Shown piece after piece: positions 49,525-59,793 of a stretch of DNA of 64,000 nt. Source of the DNA: Candidatus Bathyarchaeia archaeon (lineage in GTDB: Archaea > Thermoproteota > CALKCG01 > B24). Each line of letters starts with the position of its first letter. The first letter of the stretch is position 1. A program made the translations under genes and the position numbers. The notes beneath the pieces were generated by a model. It was given only the letters and a program-made list of their open reading frames with translations. It was not told the DNA's origin and searched no databases. The DNA lies in assembly GCA_038870975.1 (NCBI GenBank), contig JAVZJD010000002.1, forward strand, positions 288,001-352,000, read 5' to 3'.

Positions 49525-50718
49525 ATGGACAAAAGAGCTTTCCACATAGCATTACCGCAGGAGATTAAGAAGGGGCTTACCACCGACGTGTACTTTATAC
49601 GTACGAAGAAGATTCTAGATGCACTTAAAATGGATAAAATAAGGGTGGTAATGGAAGTTACAACCGGAAAGCTACCGAAAGATTGGCCTTGGGCAGTGTT
49701 CTGCGGTTTAGACGACGTTTTAACACTTTTAGAAGGTCTTCCAGTAAACCTCTTCTCTTTTCCAGAGGGAACAATATTCAAACCATTTGACGCCGACGGT
49801 TTAAGAATACCTGTTATGGTTGTTGAAGGACCATATGGGGATTTTTGCATATATGAGACGCCTCTACTCGGCCTCGTATGTCAAGCCTCTGGTATAGCTA
49901 CTATGGCTGCGAGAATCAGAAAGGTGGCTAAAGATAAAATCGTGATGGGGTTTGGTATACGTAGAATGCATCCAGCTTTAGCCCCAATGATAGATAGAGC
50001 AAGCTACATAGGTGGTGTAGACGGCGTATCGAGTGTAATAGGGGCTGAGACCATAGGCAAGAGACCAATGGGAACTATGCCTCATGCACTTATAATAGTT
50101 TTAGGAGATCAAGTAAGGGCTTGGAAGAGCTTCGATGAACTTATTGAAGAAGACGTCCCTAGAATAGCTTTAGTAGATACTTTTTACGATGAAAAAGCAG
50201 AAGCTGTTATGGCTGCGGAGGCGTTAGGCAATAAGCTTTACGGTGTAAGGCTAGATACTCCTGGGTCTAGGAAGGGAGATTTCGCAGCAATAGTTAGAGA
50301 AGTAAAATGGGAGCTAAAGACAAGGGGATATGGTCATGTTAAAGTCATAGTATCGGGAGGACTTGATGATGAAAATATCCCTGGTCTCGTGGAGGCTGGA
50401 GCTGATGGTTTCGGAGTTGGTACATCTATAAGTAATGCACCCACCATAGACTTTGCAATGGACATAGTATGCGTTGAAGATAAACCAATTGCTAAAAGGG
50501 GGAAACTCTCTGGTAGAAAACAAGTTTGGAGATGTGAAAATTGCCTAATAGATTACGTTAGACTTGTAGGGGAAGAAGAACCCAAGTGTAGATTTTGCGG
50601 TGGAGAAACCGTGCCTATGCTTAGAAAGTACATAGATAATGGTAGCGTATTGATTAGGGAGGATGTTGAGGATATACGTAGACGGACGCTATCCCAGCTT
50701 GAGAAGGTTCAAGTTTAG
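49525..50718 (+). CDS. pncB: Nicotinate phosphoribosyltransferase
   Basis: TDVYF, FGIRRMHP, GTMPH, VDTF, VRLDT, SGGL, GFGVGT, AKRGK. Confidence 0.94.
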   Translation: MDKRAFHIALPQEIKKGLTTDVYFIRTKKILDALKMDKIRVVMEVTTGKLPKDWPWAVFCGLDDVLTLLEGLPVNLFSFPEGTIFKPFDADGLRIPVMVVEGPYGDFCIYETPLLGLVCQASGIATMAARIRKVAKDKIVMGFGIRRMHPALAPMIDRASYIGGVDGVSSVIGAETIGKRPMGTMPHALIIVLGDQVRAWKSFDELIEEDVPRIALVDTFYDEKAEAVMAAEALGNKLYGVRLDTPGSRKGDFAAIVREVKWELKTRGYGHVKVIVSGGLDDENIPGLVEAGADGFGVGTSISNAPTIDFAMDIVCVEDKPIAKRGKLSGRKQVWRCENCLIDYVRLVGEEEPKCRFCGGETVPMLRKYIDNGSVLIREDVEDIRRRTLSQLEKVQV

Positions 50719-51126
50719 GCTCGTTAAATATGTCTACTAATAAATAGAGGTTTCTCCTACAAATCCTCCATTTTTATTGAATCACTACGAATTAATTTCC
50801 CCCTCATAGTGGGGTATTTTTATATTTTTGTATTTATCCGTAAGTGCCTGAAAGACGACTCCATACACTGGACTACTCAAGCTAAGTTAGATGACTATAC
50901 ATCCAAATTTTGGAGGCCGTTTTCTCTTCTCACGAAAGATTGAAAGAAACATTTAAACAACACATCAGCGAAGAACACTATACACACAGCCCACTTTCAC
51001 ACTCTTTCCGACAATCCTATCGAGTGGCATGGTCTACAGCAAGATAATCTACTCAAGCGACTCAGACACCGTATACGTCTTCTACGCCGATGAGCCTTAG
51101 CGGAAGAGGATAACCCGTTTGTCCTC

Positions 51127-51507
51127 ATGCATGATGGAGGACTGGACATTCGATACGAGGAAGGAGTGCCGGACATAATGATAGTAGTACACAAGCTAGA
51201 CCCCGAAGCCATGGCCAGCTATGTGAACACAGAGGAAGTTGCTAGAAGTTACGCTGAAAAACACAATCTTACCCTTCGGATGGTCGACGATATAGCTGTA
51301 TTCAGCTACGGCTCCATGGAGTGCATACTTTGGAACGAGTCGATAGGCACGGTCTTCTACGTAGATGACCTGATCTACGATATCATGCGCATCGTCATTT
51401 GTGCCATTGGTTTCTGGTATAACTCTGTCAACCTCAACAACCAGATGCTAGGGGTATATGGAAGAATCACAGTCTACTATAACAAGATAAAGGGTACTGG
51501 AATCTAA
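51127..51507 (+). pseudogene. Fragment of a decayed gene of unknown function
   Basis: 126-aa ORF with coding-like sequence continuing past stops on both sides; C-ending codon bias unlike neighbours. Confidence 0.4.
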
Positions 51508-51870
51508 GTATTGGGGCCTGTGCAAACACTGTTCTACGACGAGCCCGTGGCTACAAATAGGGTATCTAAAGAAGAGCTGTACTGGTGAGTTAAAGTATTA
51601 CTGGGAATACCGCATCTATGTGTAGTCAGATCCCTATGACGAAGACCTTTTCGAAAATGCAACAGTCAGTTTCGTTCCGGATTCTAAAGTATAGAACTAC
51701 TACGTGTGAGAGAACTATACCTCAAACCCCTAGAGAATTTAAATCCAATCAACTCATTCGATTATGTGGCAACCTCAACTATATGATACTCTTCAGAAGA
51801 CGTGGGTAAAAAGTTAAAGGTTTCTGTAAAATTTTAAATGTCTCTACTAGAACCGTTTATAATGATTTAT

Positions 51871-52917
51871 ATGAAGACCGTGGGAGTTGGAATTATAGGT
51901 TGCGGTTCCATAGGGAAATACCATATAGATAGATGTCTTAAACTTAGCGAGGCTAAAGTTGTAGCCGTCTGTGACATAGATAAACAGGCTTTAAAAGAAG
52001 TGAAAGAGAAGTTTAAGATAGAGAATCTCTACGTTGACTACCATGATCTATTAGATAGGAAGGATGTTGAGGCTGTTATCGTAAGTCTACCGAATTATCT
52101 TCATGCACCTGTGACCATTGACGCTTTAAAGTCTGGGAAGCATGTTCTCTGTGAGAAGCCTCCGGCCTTAAACGCTAGGCAAGTTGAAGAAATGTTTGCA
52201 ACATCTAGAAAAGCTGGTAGGAAGTTGGTTATAGGATTGACTAGGAGATTCTCTAATACGACAAGAGTTTTAAAGAAGTATGTTGGAGATGGGGTATTAG
52301 GTGAAGTGTATCTAGCTAAATGCGGATACCTCAGGAGAACAGGCATACCAGGTATGGGAAGCTGGTTTACTACTAAATCTCTAGCTGGATCAGGGGCTGT
52401 ATTCGATATAGGGGTCCACGCATTGGATATGACTTTTTGGATTATGGATGATTTTAAAGTCAAATCCGTATACGCTTCAACATATGCCAAATTTGGGCCT
52501 AAAGGTAAAGCCGCTGGAGATTGGGGTAAGCCAGTCCCAGGAGGCCCATTTGATGTAGAAGACCTCGGAGTAAGCCTCATAAAAATGGAAAGTGGGGCTA
52601 CAATCTACTTAGAAGCAGCATGGGCTAGTTTTGCGCCTAAAGCCGAATTTTACGTCCACCTCTTAGGCGATGCTGGTGGATTAGAGTACCCAGCTATGAA
52701 CTTGATAACGGAAGAAGAGGGGAAGATCGTCACTAAGAAGATTGAGTGTGAAGAAAGAGAAGATCCATACTTGGTAGAGATGAGACATTTCATTGTAGAT
52801 TGTATATTAAAAGATGAAGAGCCCATCACTAAACCTGAAGAGATGATACTGTTACAGAAGACGCTCGACGCAATCTTAGAATCGGCTGAAGAAGGAGAAG
52901 AAGTTAAAGTCTGTTGA
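51871..52917 (+). CDS. Gfo/Idh/MocA family oxidoreductase
   Basis: GIIGCGSIG, GKHVLCEKP, GSWFT..AGSGAVFDIGVH, DVED. Confidence 0.94.
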   Translation: MKTVGVGIIGCGSIGKYHIDRCLKLSEAKVVAVCDIDKQALKEVKEKFKIENLYVDYHDLLDRKDVEAVIVSLPNYLHAPVTIDALKSGKHVLCEKPPALNARQVEEMFATSRKAGRKLVIGLTRRFSNTTRVLKKYVGDGVLGEVYLAKCGYLRRTGIPGMGSWFTTKSLAGSGAVFDIGVHALDMTFWIMDDFKVKSVYASTYAKFGPKGKAAGDWGKPVPGGPFDVEDLGVSLIKMESGATIYLEAAWASFAPKAEFYVHLLGDAGGLEYPAMNLITEEEGKIVTKKIECEEREDPYLVEMRHFIVDCILKDEEPITKPEEMILLQKTLDAILESAEEGEEVKVC

Positions 52918-53039
52918 AGCATCTGGACTCGGCCGTCTCTAGCTTTTACCTATTAAAAGTCTCCCCCTTCTTTTCATCCATTTAAATTTTCATACTATCG
53001 AAGGATTTATTAATTGTGTCTAGTTTTTGAATTTAAAAC

Positions 53040-53261
53040 TTAACGTTTTAGTTCTTTAAGTATTGTAACTGCCGCGACGTGAGAACATACATGTCTTCTC
53101 TGGAAGCCTTCACAAGTACAGGTCAATCTCCCGTCTGGGAGTTGTTGGACGACGTAAGTTCCGTGGTTTCCAATAACGTTGAATCTTCCTCCTCCGAGAT
53201 ACACCACTCTTCTCTGTCTTACGAGTTTTTCTGCTTTCTCAACCATCTTCTCTAAACCCAT
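53040..53261 (-). CDS. SWIM zinc-finger protein
   Basis: CTC..F....CSH (CxCxnCxH). Confidence 0.85.
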   Translation of the reverse strand: MGLEKMVEKAEKLVRQRRVVYLGGGRFNVIGNHGTYVVQQLPDGRLTCTCEGFQRRHVCSHVAAVTILKELKR

Positions 53262-53318
53262 CTGAAAAATTTGATAGAAAGGAACTAGGTAAATATTTCC
53301 CTTTAATACAGAGCATTT

Positions 53319-54569
53319 CTAGAAATACCTATAGGCTTTAGCATCGTCGTTAAAACAGTAGTATATTTTTTGATAGCCCTCCATGAACTCTGAAATTCGT
53401 CTACGGGTCTCTTCTACTGTTTCCTTATCGAGAAGTACGTTCGCTATCCTATCGGCTATGAATTCCATTTCAGGTTCACACATACCTAGCCTAGTGACTT
53501 CTTGAACACCCAGTCTAATACCAGAGCATTTGTCTTCCTGCGGGTCCCAGGGTAAAGGCATTGGATTTACTATTATATTTGCCTCCTCGAGTTTGAGACT
53601 AGCATCAACTCCACGGTTACTGCCCACATCCACTATGACCTGGTGGGATTCAGTAAAGCCTTTATCGATGCATAGAGGCTTTAGTCCTTTATCATAGAGA
53701 CTCTCAGCTAGAGACTTTGCATTTTTAACAACCTGATCTGCATATTTTTCACCAAATGCTAGAAATTCGCATAGAGTTATAGCTAGACCTGCAACTCTAT
53801 GAATGTGATGGTTATTAACCATCTGCCAAGCTGAAAAATCTATAGCTGAGCTGTGTTTCCTACGGCACAATATAATGCCGCCCTGAGGCCCAAAGAAGGT
53901 CTTATGCGTACTACCTGTAACTACTTCTGCACCTTCCCTTAAAGGGTCTTGGAATCTTCCACCCGCGATCAATCCCAAAACGTGAGCCGCGTCATATGCT
54001 AAGATCCCTCCATATTCATCAACCACTTCTTTAAGCTCTTTAACAGGATGTGGAAATAGTATGTCTGATGCACCTAGAAGGACTATTTTAGGTCTGACTC
54101 TCCTTATGAGTTTCTCAGATTCTGCAACGTCTACATTGTACTCCTTCTGGTTAAACGGTAGGGGGATCATAGCCACACCTCTTACGCGACTACACTCTTT
54201 AAAACTACTATGCCCACCGTCTAGAACCGTTAAAGCCATCACAGAGTCACCAGGGTTTGTTAATGCATTAAACATAACCAAATTTGCTACCGTTCCACTT
54301 ATTGGAATGTAGTTAACATGCTCTACTTTGAAAAGTTTCTGAGCTAGATAACTAGTTAACTCCTCGATCGAATCTATAAACTTGCATCCTCTATACATTC
54401 GCATGTATAGGAAGCCTATGGCATATCTATGCCCTAGGTCCGAACTCATGACTAGTCTTACTTGTGGACTTGTGATGTTTTCACTCGCTATCAAATTTAT
54501 GCATTTAGACCTATAGTCATGGTGTTTCCTAACATATTCTATCAAATCGTTGATTATCTTATCATACAA
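53319..54569 (-). CDS. glyA: Serine hydroxymethyltransferase-family PLP enzyme (atypical active site)
   Basis: NLIASEN, YDAAHVLGLIAG, STHKTFFGPQGG, NHH, SGIRLG. Confidence 0.85.
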   Translation of the reverse strand: MYDKIINDLIEYVRKHHDYRSKCINLIASENITSPQVRLVMSSDLGHRYAIGFLYMRMYRGCKFIDSIEELTSYLAQKLFKVEHVNYIPISGTVANLVMFNALTNPGDSVMALTVLDGGHSSFKECSRVRGVAMIPLPFNQKEYNVDVAESEKLIRRVRPKIVLLGASDILFPHPVKELKEVVDEYGGILAYDAAHVLGLIAGGRFQDPLREGAEVVTGSTHKTFFGPQGGIILCRRKHSSAIDFSAWQMVNNHHIHRVAGLAITLCEFLAFGEKYADQVVKNAKSLAESLYDKGLKPLCIDKGFTESHQVIVDVGSNRGVDASLKLEEANIIVNPMPLPWDPQEDKCSGIRLGVQEVTRLGMCEPEMEFIADRIANVLLDKETVEETRRRISEFMEGYQKIYYCFNDDAKAYRYF

Positions 54570-54654
54570 TACTAAACCTCCTCAAACCAGACAGAAGGAA
54601 AAGATAATTATCTACCTTAAATAAATCTTACGTAAACTTCAGGGAGGCATTTGC

Positions 54655-55566
54655 ATGAACCTAGTAAGGTTAAAATGCCCTGCAACAGTCGCCAACTTAG
54701 GAGCTGGATTTGACGTATTCGGTTTAGCCTTAAAAGAACCCTACGATATAGTCGTTGTGGAAAAATCCGATAGGGGAGTTGAAGTTGAAGTTGAGGGCTA
54801 CAACGTCCCTAAAAACCCAGAAGAGAATTCTGGAGGTTATGTAGCTTTAAAGATGATGAGAGATTTTGCAATAGATTCTGGCATAAGGCTCAAAATAATC
54901 AAGCGCATAAAACCAGGCAGTGGACTTGGCAGTTCAGCCGCTACAGCCGCTGGAGTTGCGTATGCCCTCAACGAGATTTTCAACTTGAACTTAGGTTTAG
55001 AAGCTTTAGTGGAATATGCCTCTCTTGGTGAGACCGTTTCAGCTGGCACTGCACACGCAGATAATGTTGCACCAGCACTATATGGGGGATTTACAATAAT
55101 AGCTTCTCATAATCCCTTGAAAGTTTTAAATTTTAAACCACCAGAAGTTGGAATTGTAGTAGCTTTACCGCACATCGAAAAAGGTTCCACCCGGGTGGCT
55201 AGAGAGGTTCTTCCAAAGTATGTTCCGCTTGAATATATGGTCAGAAACATTGCTTACGCTTCTACACTCGTTGCTGGGTTTGTCACTGGAAACACCGACC
55301 TTATAAAAATGGGTATGAATGATTGCGTAGTTGAACCAGCTAGAGCTAATGCCGGGATACTGAGAGGATTTATACAGTTTAAAGAAGCGGGTGTTAGAAT
55401 CGGAGCAGGTGTTGCAGCAAGTGGGGCAGGGCCCGCAGTAATTGGACTGATTGAGAAACATTTAGTCGACACGTTATATAACGCTTTTGAAAGAGTGTGT
55501 AAAGCTCTAGGTGTGAGCTATACGATTTATAAGACTGAGCCCGGAGATGGTATATGCATGTTTTAG
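54655..55566 (+). CDS. thrB: Homoserine kinase
   Basis: PATVANLGAGFDVFG, PGSGLGSSAA, HADNVAP, SGAGP. Confidence 0.95.
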   Translation: MNLVRLKCPATVANLGAGFDVFGLALKEPYDIVVVEKSDRGVEVEVEGYNVPKNPEENSGGYVALKMMRDFAIDSGIRLKIIKRIKPGSGLGSSAATAAGVAYALNEIFNLNLGLEALVEYASLGETVSAGTAHADNVAPALYGGFTIIASHNPLKVLNFKPPEVGIVVALPHIEKGSTRVAREVLPKYVPLEYMVRNIAYASTLVAGFVTGNTDLIKMGMNDCVVEPARANAGILRGFIQFKEAGVRIGAGVAASGAGPAVIGLIEKHLVDTLYNAFERVCKALGVSYTIYKTEPGDGICMF

Positions 55567-55578
55567 GGGGATGCTCAT

Positions 55579-56796
55579 ATGAGGATACATTGTATAGAGT
55601 GCGGTAGCTCTATAGGTATTATGGATAAAGCTTACGCTTGTCCAAAGTGTGGTGGTCTACTGGATGTAGAGTATGACTACGATACTTTGACCGAAATCGC
55701 TCCGAAGGCATGGCCCAATAGACCCATAGGCGTTTGGAGGTACGGGGAACTCCTACCCATTTTAAATAAATCGCTCAGAGTATCGATGAATGAGGGCGGT
55801 ACAAGACTCATACACTGTAGAAGACTAGGTGAAAAACTCAAACTTAAAAACCTATATGTCAAAGATGAGGGGAGCAATCCAACAGGCTCCTTCAAAGATA
55901 GAGGGATGACTATTGGTGTTACTAAGGCTCTTGAGTTTGGAGTTAAGAACCTCATATGTGCTTCAACAGGGAATACCGCTAGCTCTCTAGCAGCTTATGC
56001 TGCTAGAGCTGGGTTAAACTGTATAGTATTGATACCATCGGGTAAGATTGCACTCGGCAAACTCGCTCAGGCCATAGTATATGGCGCTAAAGTATTAGCA
56101 GTTAAAGGGAATTTCGATGATGCCCTCAGAATAGTCGTAGAGCTCAGCAGTAGGCCAGACTTCTACCTCTTGAATTCATTAAACCCTTATAGGCTTGAGG
56201 GGCAGAAAACAGCCGCATTTGAAATATATGAGCAACTGGGGAATCGAGTACCTGACTGGCTGATAATCCCAGTTGGAAACGCTGGCAACATTTCGGCTTA
56301 TTGGAAGGGGTTTGAAGAACTCTCACTAATAGGCTTATCAAATCTTAAGCCTAAGATGATTGGTGTTCAATCTAAAGGAGCTAACCCTCTCGTCAGAGCT
56401 TTCAGAGAAAATAGAGACTTAGTCCCTCTAACGGAAATAGAAACTATTGCGACGGCCATTAGAATAGGTAATCCTGTCAATTGGAGGAAGGCCATGAGAG
56501 CTGTTAAAACCTCTAACGGCTTATTCGAAGATGTAAGTGACGAAGATATATTGGAAGCTCAGAAAAACTTAGCTAAGATGGAGGGTATATTCACAGAGCC
56601 CGCCGGAGCTACGCCTATCGCATACCTTATGAGACACCGCGACGATGGCTTAATCGATAAAGATGATACCGTAGTATGTGTGGCTACTGGCAGTGGTTTG
56701 AAAGACCCAGATAGTGTTATAAAGTTCTCTGACAAGCCAGTAGAGATCGAAGCCGATGCTAAAAGTGTTCTCAGCTACATTAGGAGTTTGAGCTGA
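55579..56796 (+). CDS. thrC: Threonine synthase
   Basis: N-terminal Zn ribbon, NPTGSFKDRG, ASTGNT, PVGNAGN, TGSGLKD. Confidence 0.95.
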   Translation: MRIHCIECGSSIGIMDKAYACPKCGGLLDVEYDYDTLTEIAPKAWPNRPIGVWRYGELLPILNKSLRVSMNEGGTRLIHCRRLGEKLKLKNLYVKDEGSNPTGSFKDRGMTIGVTKALEFGVKNLICASTGNTASSLAAYAARAGLNCIVLIPSGKIALGKLAQAIVYGAKVLAVKGNFDDALRIVVELSSRPDFYLLNSLNPYRLEGQKTAAFEIYEQLGNRVPDWLIIPVGNAGNISAYWKGFEELSLIGLSNLKPKMIGVQSKGANPLVRAFRENRDLVPLTEIETIATAIRIGNPVNWRKAMRAVKTSNGLFEDVSDEDILEAQKNLAKMEGIFTEPAGATPIAYLMRHRDDGLIDKDDTVVCVATGSGLKDPDSVIKFSDKPVEIEADAKSVLSYIRSLS

Positions 56797-56797
56797 T

Positions 56798-57829
56798 ATG
56801 AGGATTTTCATGATAGGCTTTGGTGTAGTTGGCAGAGCCTTAGCAGAGAGAATAATAAGCGAAAGAGATAGGTTGGCCTCGAAATTTGGACTTAAACCCA
56901 GAGTAGTAGTTGTAGCCGACAGTTCAGGAGCTTTAGTTGACGAGAGGGGCATTAATATTAGAGAGGTACTTGAAGCTAAGAAGAAGAGCGGATATCTAGC
57001 TAGAGCCATGCCAGATAACGTTGTAAAGATACCGTTAGAAGATTTGCTCGAAAAATTCGATTACGATGTTTTAGTAGAAACTACTCCCACCAACATAATT
57101 GATGGAGAACCTGGGCTAACATACATAAGGAAAGCCTTATCTATGGGCAAAAGCGTCGTAACTACGAATAAAGGGCCCTTGGCATTAGCCCTACCTGCTC
57201 TCACTGAAATAGCCGATAGAAGTGGAGCCATTTTAAGATTTAGTGGAGCAGTCGGTGGGGGAACACCAGTACTCGATTTTGGAAGAATGTGTCAGTCTGG
57301 AGATGATATTATTAAAGTGGAGGGAATCTTAAACGGAACCACGAACTACATTCTAACTAGAATGTATAAAGAAGGATTAGATTTTAATGGGGCGTTAACT
57401 GAGGCTCAAAGAGCTGGATATGCTGAAAAAGATCCATCCATGGACATAGATGGGTTTGATACAGCGTGTAAACTCGTAATTATAGCCAACTATGTTATGA
57501 ATTTGAGGGTTACACTTAAAGATGTTAACATCAGAGGGATAAGGGGAGTAACCTGCAGTCAAATTAAAAAGCTCGCAAAATCCGGTAAAACGATTAAACT
57601 TCTGGGCGTTATCGATAAAGAAAATGGTCTTCTAGAGGTTCAACCTAGGGAAGTTGAATTAACGAATCCTCTATGTGTCTGGGGCACGTTAAATGCCGTA
57701 ACATTTCACATGGAGAAATTAGGGCCGGAGACAATAGTTGGTAAAGGTGCTGGAGGAGTGGAAACAGCTGTGGCTGTAGTAAGAGATTTAATATCCGTCA
57801 AGAGATTTTTAATGGATAGATTGGGGTGA
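56798..57829 (+). CDS. hom: Homoserine dehydrogenase
   Basis: GFGVVG, VVTTNKGP, GILNGTTNYIL, GYAEKDPSMDIDGFD, GKGAGG.ETA. Confidence 0.95.
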   Translation: MRIFMIGFGVVGRALAERIISERDRLASKFGLKPRVVVVADSSGALVDERGINIREVLEAKKKSGYLARAMPDNVVKIPLEDLLEKFDYDVLVETTPTNIIDGEPGLTYIRKALSMGKSVVTTNKGPLALALPALTEIADRSGAILRFSGAVGGGTPVLDFGRMCQSGDDIIKVEGILNGTTNYILTRMYKEGLDFNGALTEAQRAGYAEKDPSMDIDGFDTACKLVIIANYVMNLRVTLKDVNIRGIRGVTCSQIKKLAKSGKTIKLLGVIDKENGLLEVQPREVELTNPLCVWGTLNAVTFHMEKLGPETIVGKGAGGVETAVAVVRDLISVKRFLMDRLG

Positions 57830-59241
57830 TTGCCTTTAAAATCGTTATGAAGTTTGGAGGGACATCACTAGGCGATGCTTCTAGTGTTAGACATGTAGCA
57901 GATTTAATTTGTAGATACTTTCAAATGGGCTACAAAGTGGTTGTAGTATCTTCAGCCTCCTCAGGTGTTACTGACGAGCTTTTAAACATGTGTGAAGAGT
58001 CTCTTAAAGACGAGACACTTATAGCTGATAGAGTGGGTGAGCTGTTTGAGAGACATATACGTATGGCTGAGAAGTCTATTGAAAACGGCGAATATCTAAA
58101 TAGCGTACTTAAAATTCTTAATTCCTTCAAGGGACAATTGGAGAAGCTTTTACATGGAATACATTACGTTAAAGAAGTTACACCGAGGGTCAGAGACCAT
58201 GTGGCATCCTTCGGAGAAGTTATCTCTACACCAATACTATGGGGTTGTCTAAACAGCATTGGCGTTAAAGCCGAGTGGCTCACTGGTTGGGATGCAGGGA
58301 TAGTCACAGATTCAAATTATGGAGAAGCTAGACCCTTCATCGAATTAAGTAAACTTCAACTTAGGAATAAACTTCTACCGATGATTGATAAAGGGGTTGT
58401 CCCATTGGTTACTGGCTACATAGCCAAAAGCCAAGATGGTTCAATTACAACGTTAGGAAGAGGGGGTTCGGATTACACAGCTACTTTAATTGCCGCAGCT
58501 TTAAAAGCAGATGAAGTTTGGCTTTGGACAGATGTGGACGGTCTTATGACAGCAGACCCGAAGATAGAGCCATCTGCTAAAACCATAGAAGAACTCAGTT
58601 TTGAAGAGGCAGTTGAAATGGCTATTTTGGGAGCTAAGAGGATGCACCCGAGGGCTCTAGAGCCAGCTATTGCAGAAAATATACCAGTTAGAATTAGGAA
58701 TACATTTAATCCTGAGAACCCAGGGACTCTTATAACGTCAAAACCGTCTAAAAGTAAAGATGTTGTTAGAGCTATTACAGTAGCTAGAGACGTAGGCTTA
58801 ATAAACGTGCAGGGCTTCGGTATGGTTGGGACTCCTGGAACCGCTGCTAGAATCTTTCAGATCCTTGGAAGAGCAAATATAAATGTAATGATGATTGCTC
58901 AGACTGTTAGTGAAAGTAATATATCAATAGTTATTCCAAGGAAAATGCTTATGAAAGCCGTTTCCCTTCTTGAGACAGCGCTACTCGGTACAGACTTAGT
59001 GAGAAGTGTGAGTTATGAGTCGGATGTAGCAGTCGTAGCGGCTATTGGAAGTGGAATGAGAGGTAAACCAGGGACAGCTGCTAGAATATTCAAAGCAGTA
59101 GCAAACGAAGGAGTTAACATTATAATGATAGCTCAGGGTTCATCCGAATTAAACATATCGATTGTAGTTAAGAATAGTGAATGCGAAAAAGCTGTAAGGG
59201 CAATACATAGAGAATTCGACCTGGGAAGACAAGTTATTTAA
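57826..59241 (+). CDS. lysC: Aspartate kinase with two ACT domains
   Basis: MKFGGTS, TLGRGGSDYTA, TDVDG..TADP, QGSSELNIS. Confidence 0.95.
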   Translation: MIAFKIVMKFGGTSLGDASSVRHVADLICRYFQMGYKVVVVSSASSGVTDELLNMCEESLKDETLIADRVGELFERHIRMAEKSIENGEYLNSVLKILNSFKGQLEKLLHGIHYVKEVTPRVRDHVASFGEVISTPILWGCLNSIGVKAEWLTGWDAGIVTDSNYGEARPFIELSKLQLRNKLLPMIDKGVVPLVTGYIAKSQDGSITTLGRGGSDYTATLIAAALKADEVWLWTDVDGLMTADPKIEPSAKTIEELSFEEAVEMAILGAKRMHPRALEPAIAENIPVRIRNTFNPENPGTLITSKPSKSKDVVRAITVARDVGLINVQGFGMVGTPGTAARIFQILGRANINVMMIAQTVSESNISIVIPRKMLMKAVSLLETALLGTDLVRSVSYESDVAVVAAIGSGMRGKPGTAARIFKAVANEGVNIIMIAQGSSELNISIVVKNSECEKAVRAIHREFDLGRQVI

Positions 59242-59776
59242 AGAGAAGCTTATAAGCGGTTAGAATCATTTCAGCTACATCTTCCATTTTCTTAAAGCTT
59301 GTATTAACCACCAGATGGTAGTTTTTGGGGTTCAACCAGTTTAAACCGTAAAATCTTTTGACGAGATTACCTCTTTCATCATCACTATGTTTAATTTCCT
59401 CTTCTGCTTTCTCAAGCGATATCTTTCGCCTCTCTGCAATCCTAGATATCCTAAACTTATCATCAGCAACTAGAAGAACCTTGAAAATATCCCACCTCTT
59501 CAATAAGAAGAGAGCGGACCTACCTTCAATTATCGCTCTATCTTCTAGATTGACGACATCTAAAACTAAGCTTTCAAAAATACGGTCTATTCGCACTTCT
59601 CCAGATGATATATACTCTTCGAAATTGCTGAATTTCATAGCAGTTTCCGCTAAAAACTTTCTCATCAAGCTTTCACTATTGAACATCTTAATACCAGTTT
59701 TTCTGGATATAATTTCTGCTACCTCAGTACATCCAGCCCCGAGTTGACCTGCAAGAGCTATCTTCAGAAGAACCAC
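59234..59776 (-). CDS. Cytidylate-kinase-like family protein
   Basis: GQLGAG P-loop variant, IIEGR, R..RIAER, D.ER, YHLVVNT. Confidence 0.8.
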   Translation of the reverse strand: MVLLKIALAGQLGAGCTEVAEIISRKTGIKMFNSESLMRKFLAETAMKFSNFEEYISSGEVRIDRIFESLVLDVVNLEDRAIIEGRSALFLLKRWDIFKVLLVADDKFRISRIAERRKISLEKAEEEIKHSDDERGNLVKRFYGLNWLNPKNYHLVVNTSFKKMEDVAEMILTAYKLLFK

Positions 59777-59793
59777 CTACAGTTTAGTTAAAA

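Noticed and set aside
54655-59241. asd missing from the threonine operon
   Set aside because: asd is often located elsewhere; cannot be judged from one window
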